Assembly: GCA_036785375.1 (NCBI GenBank)
Contig: JAWMAR010000788.1
Span: 434,001-498,000, forward strand
Length of the DNA stretch: 64,000 nucleotides
Source: Leucoraja ocellata
Lineage: Eukaryota
Direction: 5' to 3'
Position numbers and translations under genes: made by a program. Below are positions 1 through 12,418 of the stretch, in pieces. Every line of letters begins with the position of its first letter. The first letter of the stretch is position 1. The notes beneath the pieces are model-generated. The model saw only the letters and a list, made by a program, of their open reading frames with translations, made no database searches and was not told the DNA's origin.

Positions 1-40
1 GAATCGATCATTGTTAGTTAGAGAAGGTGACATCAACGCA

Positions 41-310
41 ACTTGGGCAGCTTCCAACCCAGTGGCATGAATATTGATTTCTCTAACTTCAAAGTAACCC
101 ATGCATTCCCTCTCTCCCCCACTCGTACCACTTCAAAGTTGCCTTGTTGAGTGTCATTGTAACTCGTTCTCACCTGGCGCACTATATACCTAATTTCTTT
201 CCCCAGACTCTGTCTGAAGAAGGGTCTCGACTCACAACATCACCTATTCCATCTCTCCAGCAATGCTGTCTGACCTGCTGAATTATTCCAGCTATAATGT
301 CAATCTTCGT
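41..310 (+). mobile_element. Penelope-like element 3' end (GIY-YIG C-terminus, 3' UTR, degenerate hammerhead motif)
   Basis: From 43 translates LGSFQPSGMNIDFSNFK (LxTLxPxGLN-type end of the PLE endonuclease); CTGAAGAAGGGTCTCGAC at 214-231. Confidence 0.75.
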
Positions 311-627
311 GTTCCATTATCATATGCCCCAGATCCAAGCTCCAAGTCTTTATTATGGAATATTAGCTGTGTATCAGTTAATCCATCCCTCGGGTTGAAA
401 TTATTCCAGTTATGTGGAAAATAATTCCTTAATCTATCTCCTTTCCTAGTCCTTACACCCAATCTATTTTTTTAAAATAATTGTGCAGGCAGGCAGCTGA
501 ATTTAGATCAAGATTTAATAAAATAAACAAAAAAAAACAAAAACAAAAAAAAAAAATTTGTTCCCATAAATTAAAACATCTATTTTAGGAAAATCACAAG
601 GAATGAAGATTAGAGGACTCACAACTG

Positions 628-843
628 TTTGTACATTCTCCCAGTGACCATATGGGCTTTCTCCGGGTGCACCGGTTTCCTCCCATATTCCAGACATGCA
701 GGTCTGTTGGTTAATTGGCTTCTGTAAATTGCCCCTAGTACATTGGATGAAAACTGGGATCACTAGTGTACGGGTGATCATTGTTCAGCACGGACATGGT
801 TGGCCAAAGGGTCTGTTCCCATGCTGTATCGCGAAACTAAACC
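628..843 (+). mobile_element. tRNA-derived V-SINE (HE1-like), 5'-truncated
   Basis: V-domain-like TCTCCGGGTGCACCGGTTTCCTCCCA; CR1-like tail GGCCAAAGGGTCTGTTCCCATGCTGTATC; similar to the copy at 42365. Confidence 0.75.
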
Positions 844-998
844 GTTAAAGGTTCAGTGTGGCAATGACTTCTTGAAGCATGTGAAAGGCCTAGCTTGTGA
901 GCCAATTCAAAAGTCACTGGCTTTCTTAAAAAAAGGCATGTAGTTATACAAATTTTGCAATGTCAAAACATGACAAAGCATTACAAGCCAATGGTATG

Positions 999-1004
999 TT
1001 TATT
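999..1004 (-). terminator. Candidate distal poly(A) signal AATAAA (another at 1395-1400)
   Basis: Minus strand GAAATAAACATACCATTGGCTTGTAATGCTTTGTCATGTTTTG, at the end of a long repeat-poor U-rich stretch. Confidence 0.45.
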
Positions 1005-3055
1005 TCAAGTGCAGCCAGATTGATAAAATACAGAATATTAAATATCACAAGGAGCAAGAAGCAATATTTCTTCAATACTATACTTAAATTTAGCATAAAA
1101 CTTCAATCAAATTAAAGGATGACGATGGAATCCATTAGTTGAAGGTTTGTCATTATTTTCTTCCTGATTGCATGTGTAGGGGTTATAGTAAAATAAACAA
1201 ATTAAACAATTTTCACTTCATTCAGCTGCAGTATAAATTCTGACAATGCACGACACAGATTATATTTTTGTTTAAAAAGTAATTGTGGCAAAACTGTTTT
1301 TGTTACTGTTCAATTTGATTTTCACACGTCATATTGCACAATTCAATCACATTATCCCAAATTGGAATTAGTTATTCCTTATTCAGTAAAAATGTTTATT
1401 TCAACAATAACTGCACAAAAACTAGGAAAATCTAGTCATTTCTTTCTACATATATTCAAAATCTTTAATACAAGCATTTTCATATTTAATATAATTAGAA
1501 CTGGAAGAGTGACATTGTGTTGCATTAAAAAAAAAAGCTAACTATTTCATTTGATTACTGGTTTACATCACATTGATGCCATTAATCTGCAAGTAAAATT
1601 ATCCACGAAAACATTAAATAGTGTGTAATGTGTGCTCAGCATGTACAACGCAAACATGAAAATTAAACTAAATATGCCCGATGTATCCAAGAACAAGACA
1701 GTTGTATTGTCTACCAAGCAGTCCATTTAAGGGGTGGAATGCACACAAAACAAATTGAGCAGGATACAAATAAAGTCACATTATTGGAAAACGTAAAAAA
1801 ATACACTGGAGTAATATCCATAAATGTGTACATCTGAAAGTTTTAAGTGTTTTGATCAGAATATAATGAAATCACCTCAGTCTCAGACTGAAAGGCTAAT
1901 CTATTAACAAATGACAATATTTGGCAAATTCAAAGTACAATTGAAAACATTAAAAAGTCTATTATTCTAATATCTGAATACAAATATTTTGTTCTCTGCA
2001 TACATATACAATTTAAATACATAGTTTTTTTTCACCCCAAATGTGCCTTTGGAGTTTAACGTTAAGGACTTGCAATCCATTATGATATGCATTGATATCA
2101 GTTCAGAACATATTTATACCACTGTGCGCAAAGTACCCACTGAACCCTGAGCGTAGACAGCAAGCAACTGATGTAGAAGGAAAAGTGAACTGCAATTGCC
2201 CTTTTGTCCAAAATATCACATGTGCAATAAATGGTGCGATACTTGAAAAAATTGCTTAGAAGGAGTCGACAGTCAACCATTGTACGTTACACAAACATTT
2301 CCCATCCAAAGATAATTTAAGGCTGTTGCAAATGAAAGTCTAATAAAATTGAAAGTGATTCCCAGATATTTCCCATAAAAATGAAATGCAATAGAACACC
2401 AAAAGAGGATGGTTTTGGCCCTACCTCCTAACAAGCCATTTTCAATTGCAAGTACAAGAAGCGACTGAAACATCAAAAGTATAAGATGCACCGATCTACA
2501 AAAAAAATTTGTATAGTTGGAACTTTTCAGAAGTAGTGTCTCTGGTATAATTGGAACATCATAGAACAAGGGACAATTGTTGTCTTTGACCAGTCTAGTT
2601 GCCAAATAAATAGATTATAGTTTGATAGTTCGGGTAATAGTAAAGTAATTATCAGCCATTTTAAATTAGAAGCCCAATGTTATCAGAGTATCTACTTTTA
2701 GAAAAGCAATGTATCTCAATTGTCAATAAATGCTCAAACAAAACATGGATGGAAATTCTGTGAACCAAACTAATGGGCTATATAAAACCAGATTCAGCTG
2801 GTTTTTGTGAGGTGCAATATTCGTTGATAAAGGGTTGTTAAAGGTGATAATAAAGTTAATTAAACACTTCCTGTCAAGTCTGCATAATCACAAAAGCTTT
2901 CTTTTCCTGCCGCCTAGTGGTAGAACATTCACACTTTGCAGCAATAAAAATAACAATCTAATCCTCCACACTGGGTATACTGATAGGGTAAACCATTTGT
3001 TTAGGGTGGCCCCAACAGATCATCAGCTACTTAGCAAACCCCAAAAATCAATGGA

Positions 3056-3180
3056 GACAAGGGACTGCGGAAGCTGGAATCGTGGAAGAACTCAATTTGT
3101 CAGGCAGCATCTGTGGAGGGATTGGACAGAAGACACTGAAGAGGGCCATGACCAGAAACATCACCTGTCCATTCCCTTCA
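3056..3180. mobile_element. Degenerate Penelope-derived short element
   Basis: GGCAGCATCTGTGGAG...CTGAAGAGGGCCATGACCAGAAACATCACC, similar to other copies. Confidence 0.55.
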
Positions 3181-6034
3181 CACTATTGGCCTTGCCCTAT
3201 AAATCAATGCTTTGTTAATGTGCTTACATTTTAAGATGTAAATATTTGACAGATCACATTTTGATTTTGAATTTATCTACAAAAGAGACAATTCTACCAA
3301 TAATCCAATCCTGCCACCCGAATGACAAAACTATACTTATGGATGGAATAGATTTGCCCAAGCTGCGCAGGCTAGTGTGACAGAGTTCGCAGGATTATTA
3401 TCTATGGGCTGTTGTTTCAACCTCCCAGTCAAGGTCAACTGCCGTGCTCAGATTATTGCTTATACTGAAAAAAAACCAAATGCTGCACAGGCACTTAAAT
3501 TTACTGTTTTAGTCCTTGGTTAAACAACACTATTTCAGCAAGAGGACACACAAACCAAGAAAAAGATCAGATTAGAGTATAGATGCATATTTACATGAGA
3601 CTGCAGAAGTAGTATCCATTTTTCACGGGACATAATACGAGGTTGGTGAAAATTATGTCCAGGAATTAATGTTTTAGTCAAAATAACTGCCATAACTACG
3701 GTCAGTATTTTGTTTTGAAGCAGAGCAGATGTGTGTGCTTGTGCGTGGGGGAGGGTGAGATAATTAAATATTAATCACCAAAATCCCTATTTCACACTAA
3801 CTGCAGAAATCAGTGCCATAAACCACCAACTCTTCTCAAGTATCTTCCTCGCAGTAATGAGGCTCATGGACTAATGTTTCAAAGAGAGTACTACAAATAA
3901 ATACTGTAAGCTTCCGAAATGCATGCTCTCCGACCATGAAACTTTTACAAGATAAATTTACATTATAAATGCCCCAATTTTCTAACACCTTAGTAAACTT
4001 ATACAGGGTATTAATGTCACCAACTAAATATTATTTAAATGCACAAATTCTATTTATTGCTGCTAAAAACTCCAGCATTGGTAAACAAAGCAAAGCATCT
4101 CTCAAATGCTAAGACTGATAGGTTATTTCATAATTTATGTGCTGTCCTGAGGGACAGACTCTCTTGTCTCCCGATCTCAAAGCTCATTGTAACAGCAGCC
4201 TCCAAAATCCCTAAATGTATTTTATCTCGGTCAAGCATCAAGCTGGGGCCAATTCTGTGATTTGATTTACACCTAGCGACCTGCCTTCTTCCTGTGTCTC
4301 TACTACGTTATAAATAGCACGACTAATGTGGACAGATAAGAGGAATCTGGTCTTTTTTTTTCTCTTTTGAGAATCGGTTAAAATACCTTTCAAGTAACTG
4401 AAGCAATTGGAAATGGTGATTTCAAGGAAAGTATTTCTTCATGAGATGTTAATCAGAGAAATCAGATTTAAATGACTGTTGGTGGAGGAACAAGAGGGAG
4501 GTGATAAGTATTCTTTTTACACTTCTCAAAACATGCCATCTGAAGAGTGATCAAAGTAAAATCGCCAACTTTCAAAAGGGAACTGAATTTAAACTTGAAA
4601 AGTTAAACATTTACAGGGCTATGAGGAAAGATCAGGGATATGGATCCAATTGTGCAACTCCTTCACAGAGTCAGCACAATCATGAAAAGGCAAATGAACT
4701 CTACTGATTCAGGATGATGCTGTGAATCGGTTGAACACTGACATCACACAACATTTTTGACAAGCACCTGCATTTTTCCAAATGTCCGACTGTCTGGGTT
4801 TGAGAAATTTTTCTGGAAGCGATAATTTTGATTTGGAAGATTTAAAAATGCTGGATTTATTATGAAACCATTTTATATATGGCTGTGAATAAACAATTGG
4901 GGGGGGGGGGGGGGGGGAGAAATCAGCTTTGTTTGCAATCAAGATCAAAATATTCCCTTTTGGCAGAGATAAGTAAGCATGCTATAAATGAATATAAATT
5001 ACAAAATTGGTTTTCACATAATAATCTTTTGACGATCAATTCCTCCGCTTCAAGTTCCAAACTCAGCATCACGAAGAAGTTAAACTGTAAACATTTCCCT
5101 ACCTTATAACTAGATGCACCTCTTTATAAATCAGTTCTTAAGTGCATCATTATACTGGTGTATGGAGATAACACAGAGTGCTGCAATGGATATTAGTTGA
5201 GCTATTCTAGCTTCTTAATTTCCTTTCTTTCTGAAAATGTTTTGATAACACTTCTTTAGTTATATGCACACATTCTGTTACTGATATTGGAAAATATCCA
5301 TGATTTTTCTTTCGATATCTTAAGAGGAAAGCTAAATTGAACCAATTCTTTAACTCAATCTTGTCCTTGCATTAACAATGGAAGGTCTCATTGCCGAGAG
5401 AAGAATATTCAGGCTTTAAGAGACAAGTTTCTTTGAGTAATTCAAACCCAATAATATATCTTGCTCTCCTACTAGACGCCCATATCTTTCTCCACTTTCC
5501 AAAATTTCTTGGCACCAACTTCCGGCAATAGATTGGAAAGTAATTTCCAATATTACTGGCACAGCCAACTAAAAAAAGTGCATCTCTTGTGCAGAGTTGT
5601 CTGTGGAATAACTTTCTCCAAAGCATTTTTATATCAAAAGGCATGGAAAGTTGGCCCATGAAACAAATGAAATTATTGCAGGGTACAATTCTTCCAAAAT
5701 CATCAGATGTACCATGTTGACATCTATTCTAGCAACATCATGTACTGAGCTACTCAGCTGACTATTTTTCTAGCAAATACCTGAACATTTGTCAGAACTA
5801 TAGTCCTGGCAGCATGTTGACAATTAACAGCAGGGTTGTTTAAAAGCGCTTTTTAAAAAAAATCACTTTTTCTTACTGTGGCAAATGTGTCATTTAACTT
5901 TTAATAATGGAGTAATTTTAATCAAGATGTATCATAAGCAAGCTACGTTATCAGTGCATTCTGAAAGCATGATCATTAGGTATAGGTGATCACTCCAATG
6001 GAACAGATTCTAGGCTAAAGAAAAAAGACACCAG

Positions 6035-7612
6035 TGTATTGTATAAAAGGTGTGTTTATTCAATAATCGATACAGACCAAATGCAATTTTTCTGCCTCTC
6101 AGTAAAACCGACTTTAAACTGAGGTTACCAACACTGGAGCTGGTACTGTATAGTGGGTATTTTGGCACATTAAAATATGTTCATTTAAAAAAAAAGAAAA
6201 AGGTTAAAAACAGCTGAAAAAATAAAATTATATTTAAAGGCAAAGACGAGGAATGGTACATTAATTTAAATTTTGCCATATTTGCCATAAAACAATCACT
6301 CGTCTAATTCTTGCTGCAGAGTTTAACTAGGAGAACCAGCACTTCACTTGATGCTTTTAGCGAATACTAAAGAGACACTTGCACAGAAACAGCTCGTATA
6401 TTTTGTACAACCCTCTGAAGAAAAAAAAGGAACGCCCAGAATCGACCATATAAAGATAAAACTCACACCTGGGCCTCCAAATCGTATGGAAGTCTGCTAC
6501 ATTAATAAAGTAAGTTTTTTTTAATTACAGAAAACATACAAGTTAAGCATTGCACACCAACCATACCCACTATACAGCATCGGTTGAACTACTCAAGGGC
6601 AGCTGAAACCTCTGGTTATTTGCAGAAAAGAAAGTCAGCTCTTGTATCTTTACTATTCAGAGGGACAACAGTACAAAACAGTTTCAGCAGTGCCATTCAA
6701 CATTCGTATCTCCTGAGGTAATGAGACAAAACAATTTTACCTACTTTGGTTGGTAGTCCAGCTTTGATCCCAAACACTGCAGAAAAGAAATTAAAACGGA
6801 AAAACAAAAAAAAAAAATGCTTTAGATGGGACAGCTGTTTAAACTCATAACCTCCGACATACGATTTTTTTCCCTTTTTTGTATTGCCATAACCATCACA
6901 TGGCTTGTCAGAACATACCCAGCCTAGTATGTGAAAACTCTGTAGATAAACAAAACCCGCAGACAGCACTATGCACTGTAAAAAAAAAATGAACACATAG
7001 TTGCACTGCTTAAATAGTCCATCCAGATTATACTGTTGTAACTTAGTGAAGGGGCCAGTTTTCCCAATTACAGGGGAATCCACCCATATATATCATAGTA
7101 TTGCCCCGTTCTCTCATGAGCAGTGAAGGAGACGAACTAGATTTATAGAGCCAATGCAGCAAAACCGTTCAGGAAACAGGGCCCTGACACTGTAACAGTG
7201 AAAGCCTGTTTGATTGAGTACATCAGAATGTTATTGTGTCTTTTCGTACATAGTGAAGGAGTTTGGCGAGGACAGCCTTGCAGCTAATGGGTAACCCCTC
7301 CCTACCCTCTTTACAGTAGTATCATTCGGAAAGCTGGACGCACATTTGTGCACGTGTTTTCTAAACAACAATAAGTTTTTTTTGTCTATTTGTTCATTCC
7401 TATATTGTGGGTTAAATGTAAGGCAGACTTCTGTCCATCCATGTCCATCCATCCATTCAAGGCATCGACTGAACGATTCGCTCACTCACTGGGTCACACA
7501 TGCAGAAAGACCGTGCACCAAGAACCTGGCCCAAACACTACGGTGCCACGCAACTCATGGAAAACAGTTTCGTAGTACTTTCAAAAGTCAGGATATCCAG
7601 GAAAAGGAGTCC
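6035..7612 (-). other. BRD4: BRD4 long-isoform 3' UTR (proximal form)
   Basis: Repeat-free, U-rich on the minus strand, follows the TGA; AATAAA at 6055-6060 with a downstream U/GU-rich tract. Confidence 0.7.
6055..6060 (-). terminator. Poly(A) signal AATAAA (proximal, long isoform)
   Basis: Minus strand GAATAAACACACCTTTTATACAATACACTGGTGTCTTTTTTCT. Confidence 0.65.
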
Positions 7613-7681
7613 TCAGAAGAGATTCTCTTCAAATATTGCCATTAAGTCGCTCTGAAAATTCATGTCAATCGTAGCCGCCAT
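7613..7681 (-). CDS. BRD4: BRD4 terminal coding exon: P-TEFb-interacting C-terminal motif
   Basis: MAATIDMNFQSDLMAIFEENLF*, the characteristic BRD4 C-terminus; acceptor TTTAG|. Confidence 0.97.
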   Translation of the reverse strand: MAATIDMNFQSDLMAIFEENLF

Positions 7682-8539
7682 CTAAATCACAAAAGAAATG
7701 TATGAGAAAACAATCATGTACCGTTTGTCTATTCTGTCAGTAATTTAAAACTTTATTTTTTTTCCAGAAATCTTCAAATAATTGCTTGCTATACAGCCTC
7801 ACTAATATAAGAAACAGGCAAAGTCAATCTTTGGCTGATCAAAGGGCAAAAGTAGAGTTAGATGACAGACCCACCATTATTTGCTCGTTTGTTAAATGGC
7901 AGGGTGGGTTGTATTTCCAATGTTTGCTCAGAATTTCTAATGCCTAGTCGAGGGCCATGCCCAATGGATGCATACATCAAGGTTAGTTTACTCGAACATT
8001 CCTTTCTAAATGCACGAGAATCAATGGAAGACCCCTATGAGGGATTCATAACCAGGAGGTCAAAACTTTAAAGCGAAGGACAAACAATAGATTTTAATGA
8101 CAAACCTGTTAATTTGTCAACTTCACCTCTGCAATATTGCACTGATAACCCAAGAGAACACAATCATTATCAGCTATAAAATAATGACATAGTGGATCCT
8201 TAATTAAAGATCCTAGCACTCCCTTATTTTAGTATCACATCCCTTTTTTGTACCCATCAGTCCGCAACTCAGGGGCAGGTAAAAATCAAATCCCCATCAA
8301 CTAGCCAGAGTCCCTTCTGCTTCAAAGAATATTTTTAGATGGTTCTTCTCACTTCACCATTAAAACTTTCTTAAACTCGTTAAATGGTTGCTGGCCAAAA
8401 ATTCAAAGTATCACCTTAATATATCAAGATTTCAAACGCTAATCAGTATTTTCAAACTGATCCTAATTTTCGCAATTTGTGTATTTAATCATCAGTATAC
8501 AATGAAAACAATCCTGTAAAAAAAATATTTTCACCAACT

Positions 8540-8601
8540 CCCAAAAGGTACTACTAATACGTCCCCAAAGGTGTACTAATATTCCCAAAGGTACTAATAT
8601 T
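8540..8601. repeat. Imperfect approx. 20-bp tandem repeat x3 (CCCAAAGGTACTAATA)
   Basis: Seen directly in the last intron. Confidence 0.75.
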
Positions 8602-8871
8602 GCACAAGTGCACTGGCCCTTCAGTAACAGCTTATTTAACACACACTGCAGAAATATTGAACCTATTCTATACTTTTACAATATTCATACACATTCTTCT
8701 GGTTGATATCAATGGATTACGTATCACAAAAAATTAAGGACAATTTTTTCCCCTCTGTGAACCCACGGTAAACTATCTAAAAAGTTATCACAAACTAATA
8801 GGCATGGTTCTAAGGGACTGTAAATCCTGTTCAACATTCCATCCCATCTACGAGTTGCACTGGAAACTTAC

Positions 8872-9175
8872 TGCTTCCTTCCGCCTTCGTTCTTGCTCCC
8901 GCTTCCTTGCTAGCTCTCGCTGCTGATCCAGCATAGACTGTGAGNNNNNNNNNNNNNNNNNNNNNNNNNNNNNNNNNNNNNNNNNNNNNNNNNNNNNNNN
9001 NNNNNNNNNNNNNNNNNNNNNNNNNNNNNNNNNNNNNNNNNNNNNNNNNNNNNNNNNNNNNNNNNNNNNNNNNNNNNNNNNNNNNNNNNNNNNNNNNNNN
9101 NNNNNNTGCTGCTGTCTTCTCACCTCCTCGTGAGCTCTCCGGGCGCACTCCAAAGCATCCTCCTCATCTCGACTT
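8872..9175 (-). CDS. BRD4: BRD4 exon 19 equivalent: poly-Q region (assembly gap) and start of PID/CTM
   Basis: (R)SRDEEDALECARRAHEEVRRQQ[N gap]SQSMLDQQRELARKREQERRRKEA; TCCAG| and GCA|GTAAGT. Confidence 0.92.
8945..9106. other. Assembly gap (162 N) inside the poly-Q coding tract
   Basis: N run directly after CAG CAG CA codons on the minus strand. Confidence 0.99.
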
Positions 9176-9286
9176 CTGGAAATTCAAACCAATATTCGAT
9201 CAAAAGCAGTACAAGGGTAGCAAAGCGCCACCTGTTGAGTTCTAGTTCAGTCGGCTGTAGACATATTCAATACACTTGAGCAATTG

Positions 9287-9450
9287 TTTTGAGTTTTAGT
9301 TTTGAAGATACGGCCAGAAACAGGCCCTTCTACCCACCAAGTCCGTGCCAACCAGCAATCCCAGCAAACTAACACTATCCTACATACACACTCAGGACAA
9401 TTTACCATTATACCCAGGCAATATGCCTACAAATCTGTACTTCTTTGGAG
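9287..9450 (-). mobile_element. V-SINE 3' half
   Basis: Reverse complement of the 42365 SINE tail (TTTAGTTT...GATACGGCCAGAAACAGGCCCTTC). Confidence 0.7.
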
Positions 9451-10442
9451 TAAAAGCAATACCGAAAGCAATGGCTTAGAGTTTACTGCAAAGGAATATC
9501 AAAGAAAATCTGGTCATTTACTTGGACTTAAAAGATTTTCCCCATAACATTGGCTGAAAACCTGAGCTAATAATATGACCAGGATAACAAAACAGTTTGT
9601 AGTCAGAGAGGAAAAGCAAGCAATCACGCATCTCCTCCACCGTTGATTAGGAAATTAAAACCTGACACAAGTATCAATAGGAATGGTGATTTCAATGTTA
9701 AATTAGATCTAAAAGAAACAAAGGAGGGGGGAAAAATAATGAATTGAGGAAAAAAAGTACTTTGAAGCCTCAATCAACAACAAAAATTTGAAGGAAATGA
9801 CGTTGCAATCTTTCGCTTTTGGTACTATTGAGTGATTTACTTTATTAATGCACAGTGATGTTAAATGGGCATTTAGACAGGAAATGAATAAACCTCTGTG
9901 CATTGAGCTTGTATCTGATATGCAAACATACAAAACAGCTTTCAAGGATGGGAGGAACAGTGTGATGCAACTCCTATGCAACTTTTCCAATATTTCAAAT
10001 AGGTCCTTTTGTCAGAAGAAACTTGATCATAATTGTTCAAAGATTCAAGTTTCTTCCACTGCATTCCAAAGACTCAACCTGAAACACAGCGCAGGCCAAC
10101 AATGACTACTTAGTAGACAAATCAAGAAAGGAAGTTGATTTAACAGAGTAATCTTCATCCACAATGGGCCTTCCTTGTAACAGAGAACTGCTCCTTTCCT
10201 GGCACACTTCTACAGGTGCTGAGGTGAGAACATTTTGTGCACAATGAGTTCAGTGGCAATAAGCACCGGGCACCAAGCACGGCTGGTATACATTAAGCTG
10301 GCTGGCAAGAAACAAAGGAAGCAAGGTAAACCTTACAGTAAATACAAAAGTGAATTTCACTGTCCCTTGGTGCATGTGGCAATAAAGTACAATTGAACTA
10401 CATCGGCTTGATAGTGCTAAGAAATGGAAAGGCTAGACTTGC

Positions 10443-10669
10443 CGCTGTCTCTCCTGCTCCATGCGGAGACGCTCCTTCTCCGCTGCCTCGTGTTGCATCT
10501 TACGATACTCTTCCTGTGCTTTAAGCGCCTTTTCTCGCTCCTCTTTCTCTCGCGCTGCTCGCCTAAACTGCTCAAAGCTATCGCTTGATGATTTTGCCGT
10601 AGATGAGGGAGTGGAAGGAGTCTTCTTAACAAGACTTGCCCATGATCCCATGTTCTTGATCTTGAGATC
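10443..10669 (-). CDS. BRD4: BRD4 exon 18 equivalent (ends at a GC donor)
   Basis: [16 protein letters not shown]...[26 protein letters not shown]...EQERQ; TTCAG|; donor CG|GCAAGT required for phase 2. Confidence 0.93.
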
Positions 10670-11051
10670 CTGAAACATGCACGCATAAAGAATGTAGAAC
10701 TCCAATATGGTAACAACGCACAATTAACTCTCAAGCTGAACAGGTCTGAGAAACCAAAATAAACAATTTAGGTACAATTTAAGACTTAGTAATTCAAAGA
10801 AAAGGAATATTTGAACATTTCTATTTTAAAATAATATTTAACGTTAGTTCATTGATAAATAACTAAGTAGCTCATTCATCCAGTTTCATGGACCCAAAAG
10901 ATCACTGATTCAGAATGAATTACCAACCATCAGAGACATAATTCAGGAAAATAACAATCAAAATAAATGTATTTTCTCACAATTGAGGAATTCCCTAAGG
11001 GGACTTCAGGACAGGAATAAAAACAAGTGGATTGGTCACCAGTTAATGGTA

Positions 11052-11554
11052 AGGGGCTGTCCCACTTGGGCGACCTAATTGGCGAGTTTAGAAGTTTAAA
11101 AAAAAAAATGACATGTTGAAGACCGCCTTGAACTATGTAGAAGACCAGTTTCGACTACCTACGACTAACTTCTGGAAAACTGGACGCCGAATAGTGGAGA
11201 GTGAAGACGACTTCCTTCGATCTCCCTTCGATCTCCCTTGGACTATCTTGAAGACTATCTACGACCACCCTCAATTACCTACGACTAACATGCCGACCTA
11301 CTAAGACTAAACCTACGAGTAAAAAAAGTATCGATTTTTTCCAAGGCGACCTTTTTTTACTCGCGGCCATTTTTTAACATATTGAAAAAAACGCCGCGAT
11401 CTAGCTGAGGCCTCGAGTACACGGAGACCACTCTCGAGCATGAAGGAGAGTTACGAAGACCTCCTATGACCTCATGTCGACCATGCTGCGAGTATGAGTC
11501 AAGGGCAAACTCGCCAGAACTCGTGGATTAGGTCGCCCAAGTGGAACAGCCCCT
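11052..11554. mobile_element. Non-autonomous DNA transposon (MITE), probably PIF/Harbinger
   Basis: About 28-bp TIRs AGGGGCTGTCCCACTTGGGCGACCTAAT / ATTAGGTCGCCCAAGTGGAACAGCCCCT (1 mismatch); GTA/TTA flanks; CpG-rich; internal (CTACGACTA)-type repeats. Confidence 0.8.
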
Positions 11555-11616
11555 TTAGTTATCACTCCACATTGGAGTGGACATGGTCATCAGTTAATGC
11601 ATGCAATGCCTCTCAC

Positions 11617-11747
11617 CTTTTTGGGAGCCACAGGAGTTTTGGGCGTCTGTTGTTTGTGTTTGTCTTTGTCCTGAGGAGAAGGCTGCGAGCTGTGTTCCGG
11701 AGGCCGAATCACTGGCCCAGCAACTTCCATCTGCTTCATCTCCGCCC
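11617..11747 (-). CDS. BRD4: BRD4 exon 17 equivalent
   Basis: (R)AEMKQMEVAGPVIRPPEHSSQPSPQDKDKHKQQTPKTPVAPKK; TGCAG| and AAG|GTGAGA; 131 nt, phase 1 to 0. Confidence 0.93.
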
Positions 11748-11877
11748 CTGCAGGAGGAAAGAACCCAAAGTCCCTCAACACAGATTTGAACAAAAATGAT
11801 GGAAACATTCTGATCAAGAAGCCTCTGCGGAGGGAGAGAAATAAAAGTGCAGACTCGATGGGCCAAAGATTTATAGG

Positions 11878-11978
11878 AAAGAACTGCAGATGCAGTCTGA
11901 AGAAGGGCCTCGACCCGAAACTTCACCCAATCCTTTTCTCCAGAGATGCTGAGTTACACAGCATTTTTATGTTTACCT
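11878..11978 (+). mobile_element. Penelope-derived short element with hammerhead core
   Basis: GT-CTGAAGA-A-GGGCCTCGACCC-GAAAC-TTC-AC at 11895-11926. Confidence 0.7.
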
Positions 11979-12252
11979 TGAATGAGTCAAAGGGCCAGTT
12001 TCTACATTGTTTCTCTAAAGTCTAAAGTAAATGACAATTTCACTGGAAACAGACGTTGAGAAATGAGCTGATGCAGTCCTCCTGCTTGTGTTTGCAAGCA
12101 GAGTTCCTGAGATTATCTCTGAAGGGCAATGCACTGATTTTTTAATTATGTCTCTTGTTCTGAAGGAAGGTCATAATCAAAGCAGGCGAAGAACTTCCGT
12201 CATATCTGAAGGGATGATAATGATCCCCAAGGCGATAGAATGTGCTACTTAC

Positions 12253-12418
12253 TGTGACCAAGATGTGGAGGTGGTTTGTTTCCTTCCCTCGGCTTTGATG
12301 GCTCCTGCCGCATTGAAGGACTAAATGGCTCATTTCTGATTACGGGTGAAGAGTGACTCTTCTCTTCTTTCACGTGCACCATCGGTTGCGACTGTACTAT
12401 TGACGGTGTTCGGGGTTC
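12253..12418 (-). CDS. BRD4: BRD4 exon 16 equivalent
   Basis: [55 protein letters not shown]; CACAG| and A|GTAAGT; 166 nt, phase 0 to 1. Confidence 0.92.

Noticed and set aside
10433-10442. GT donor (CAA|GTCTAG) as the main exon 18 donor
   Set aside because: Poor consensus and out of frame with the next exon; the GC donor fits
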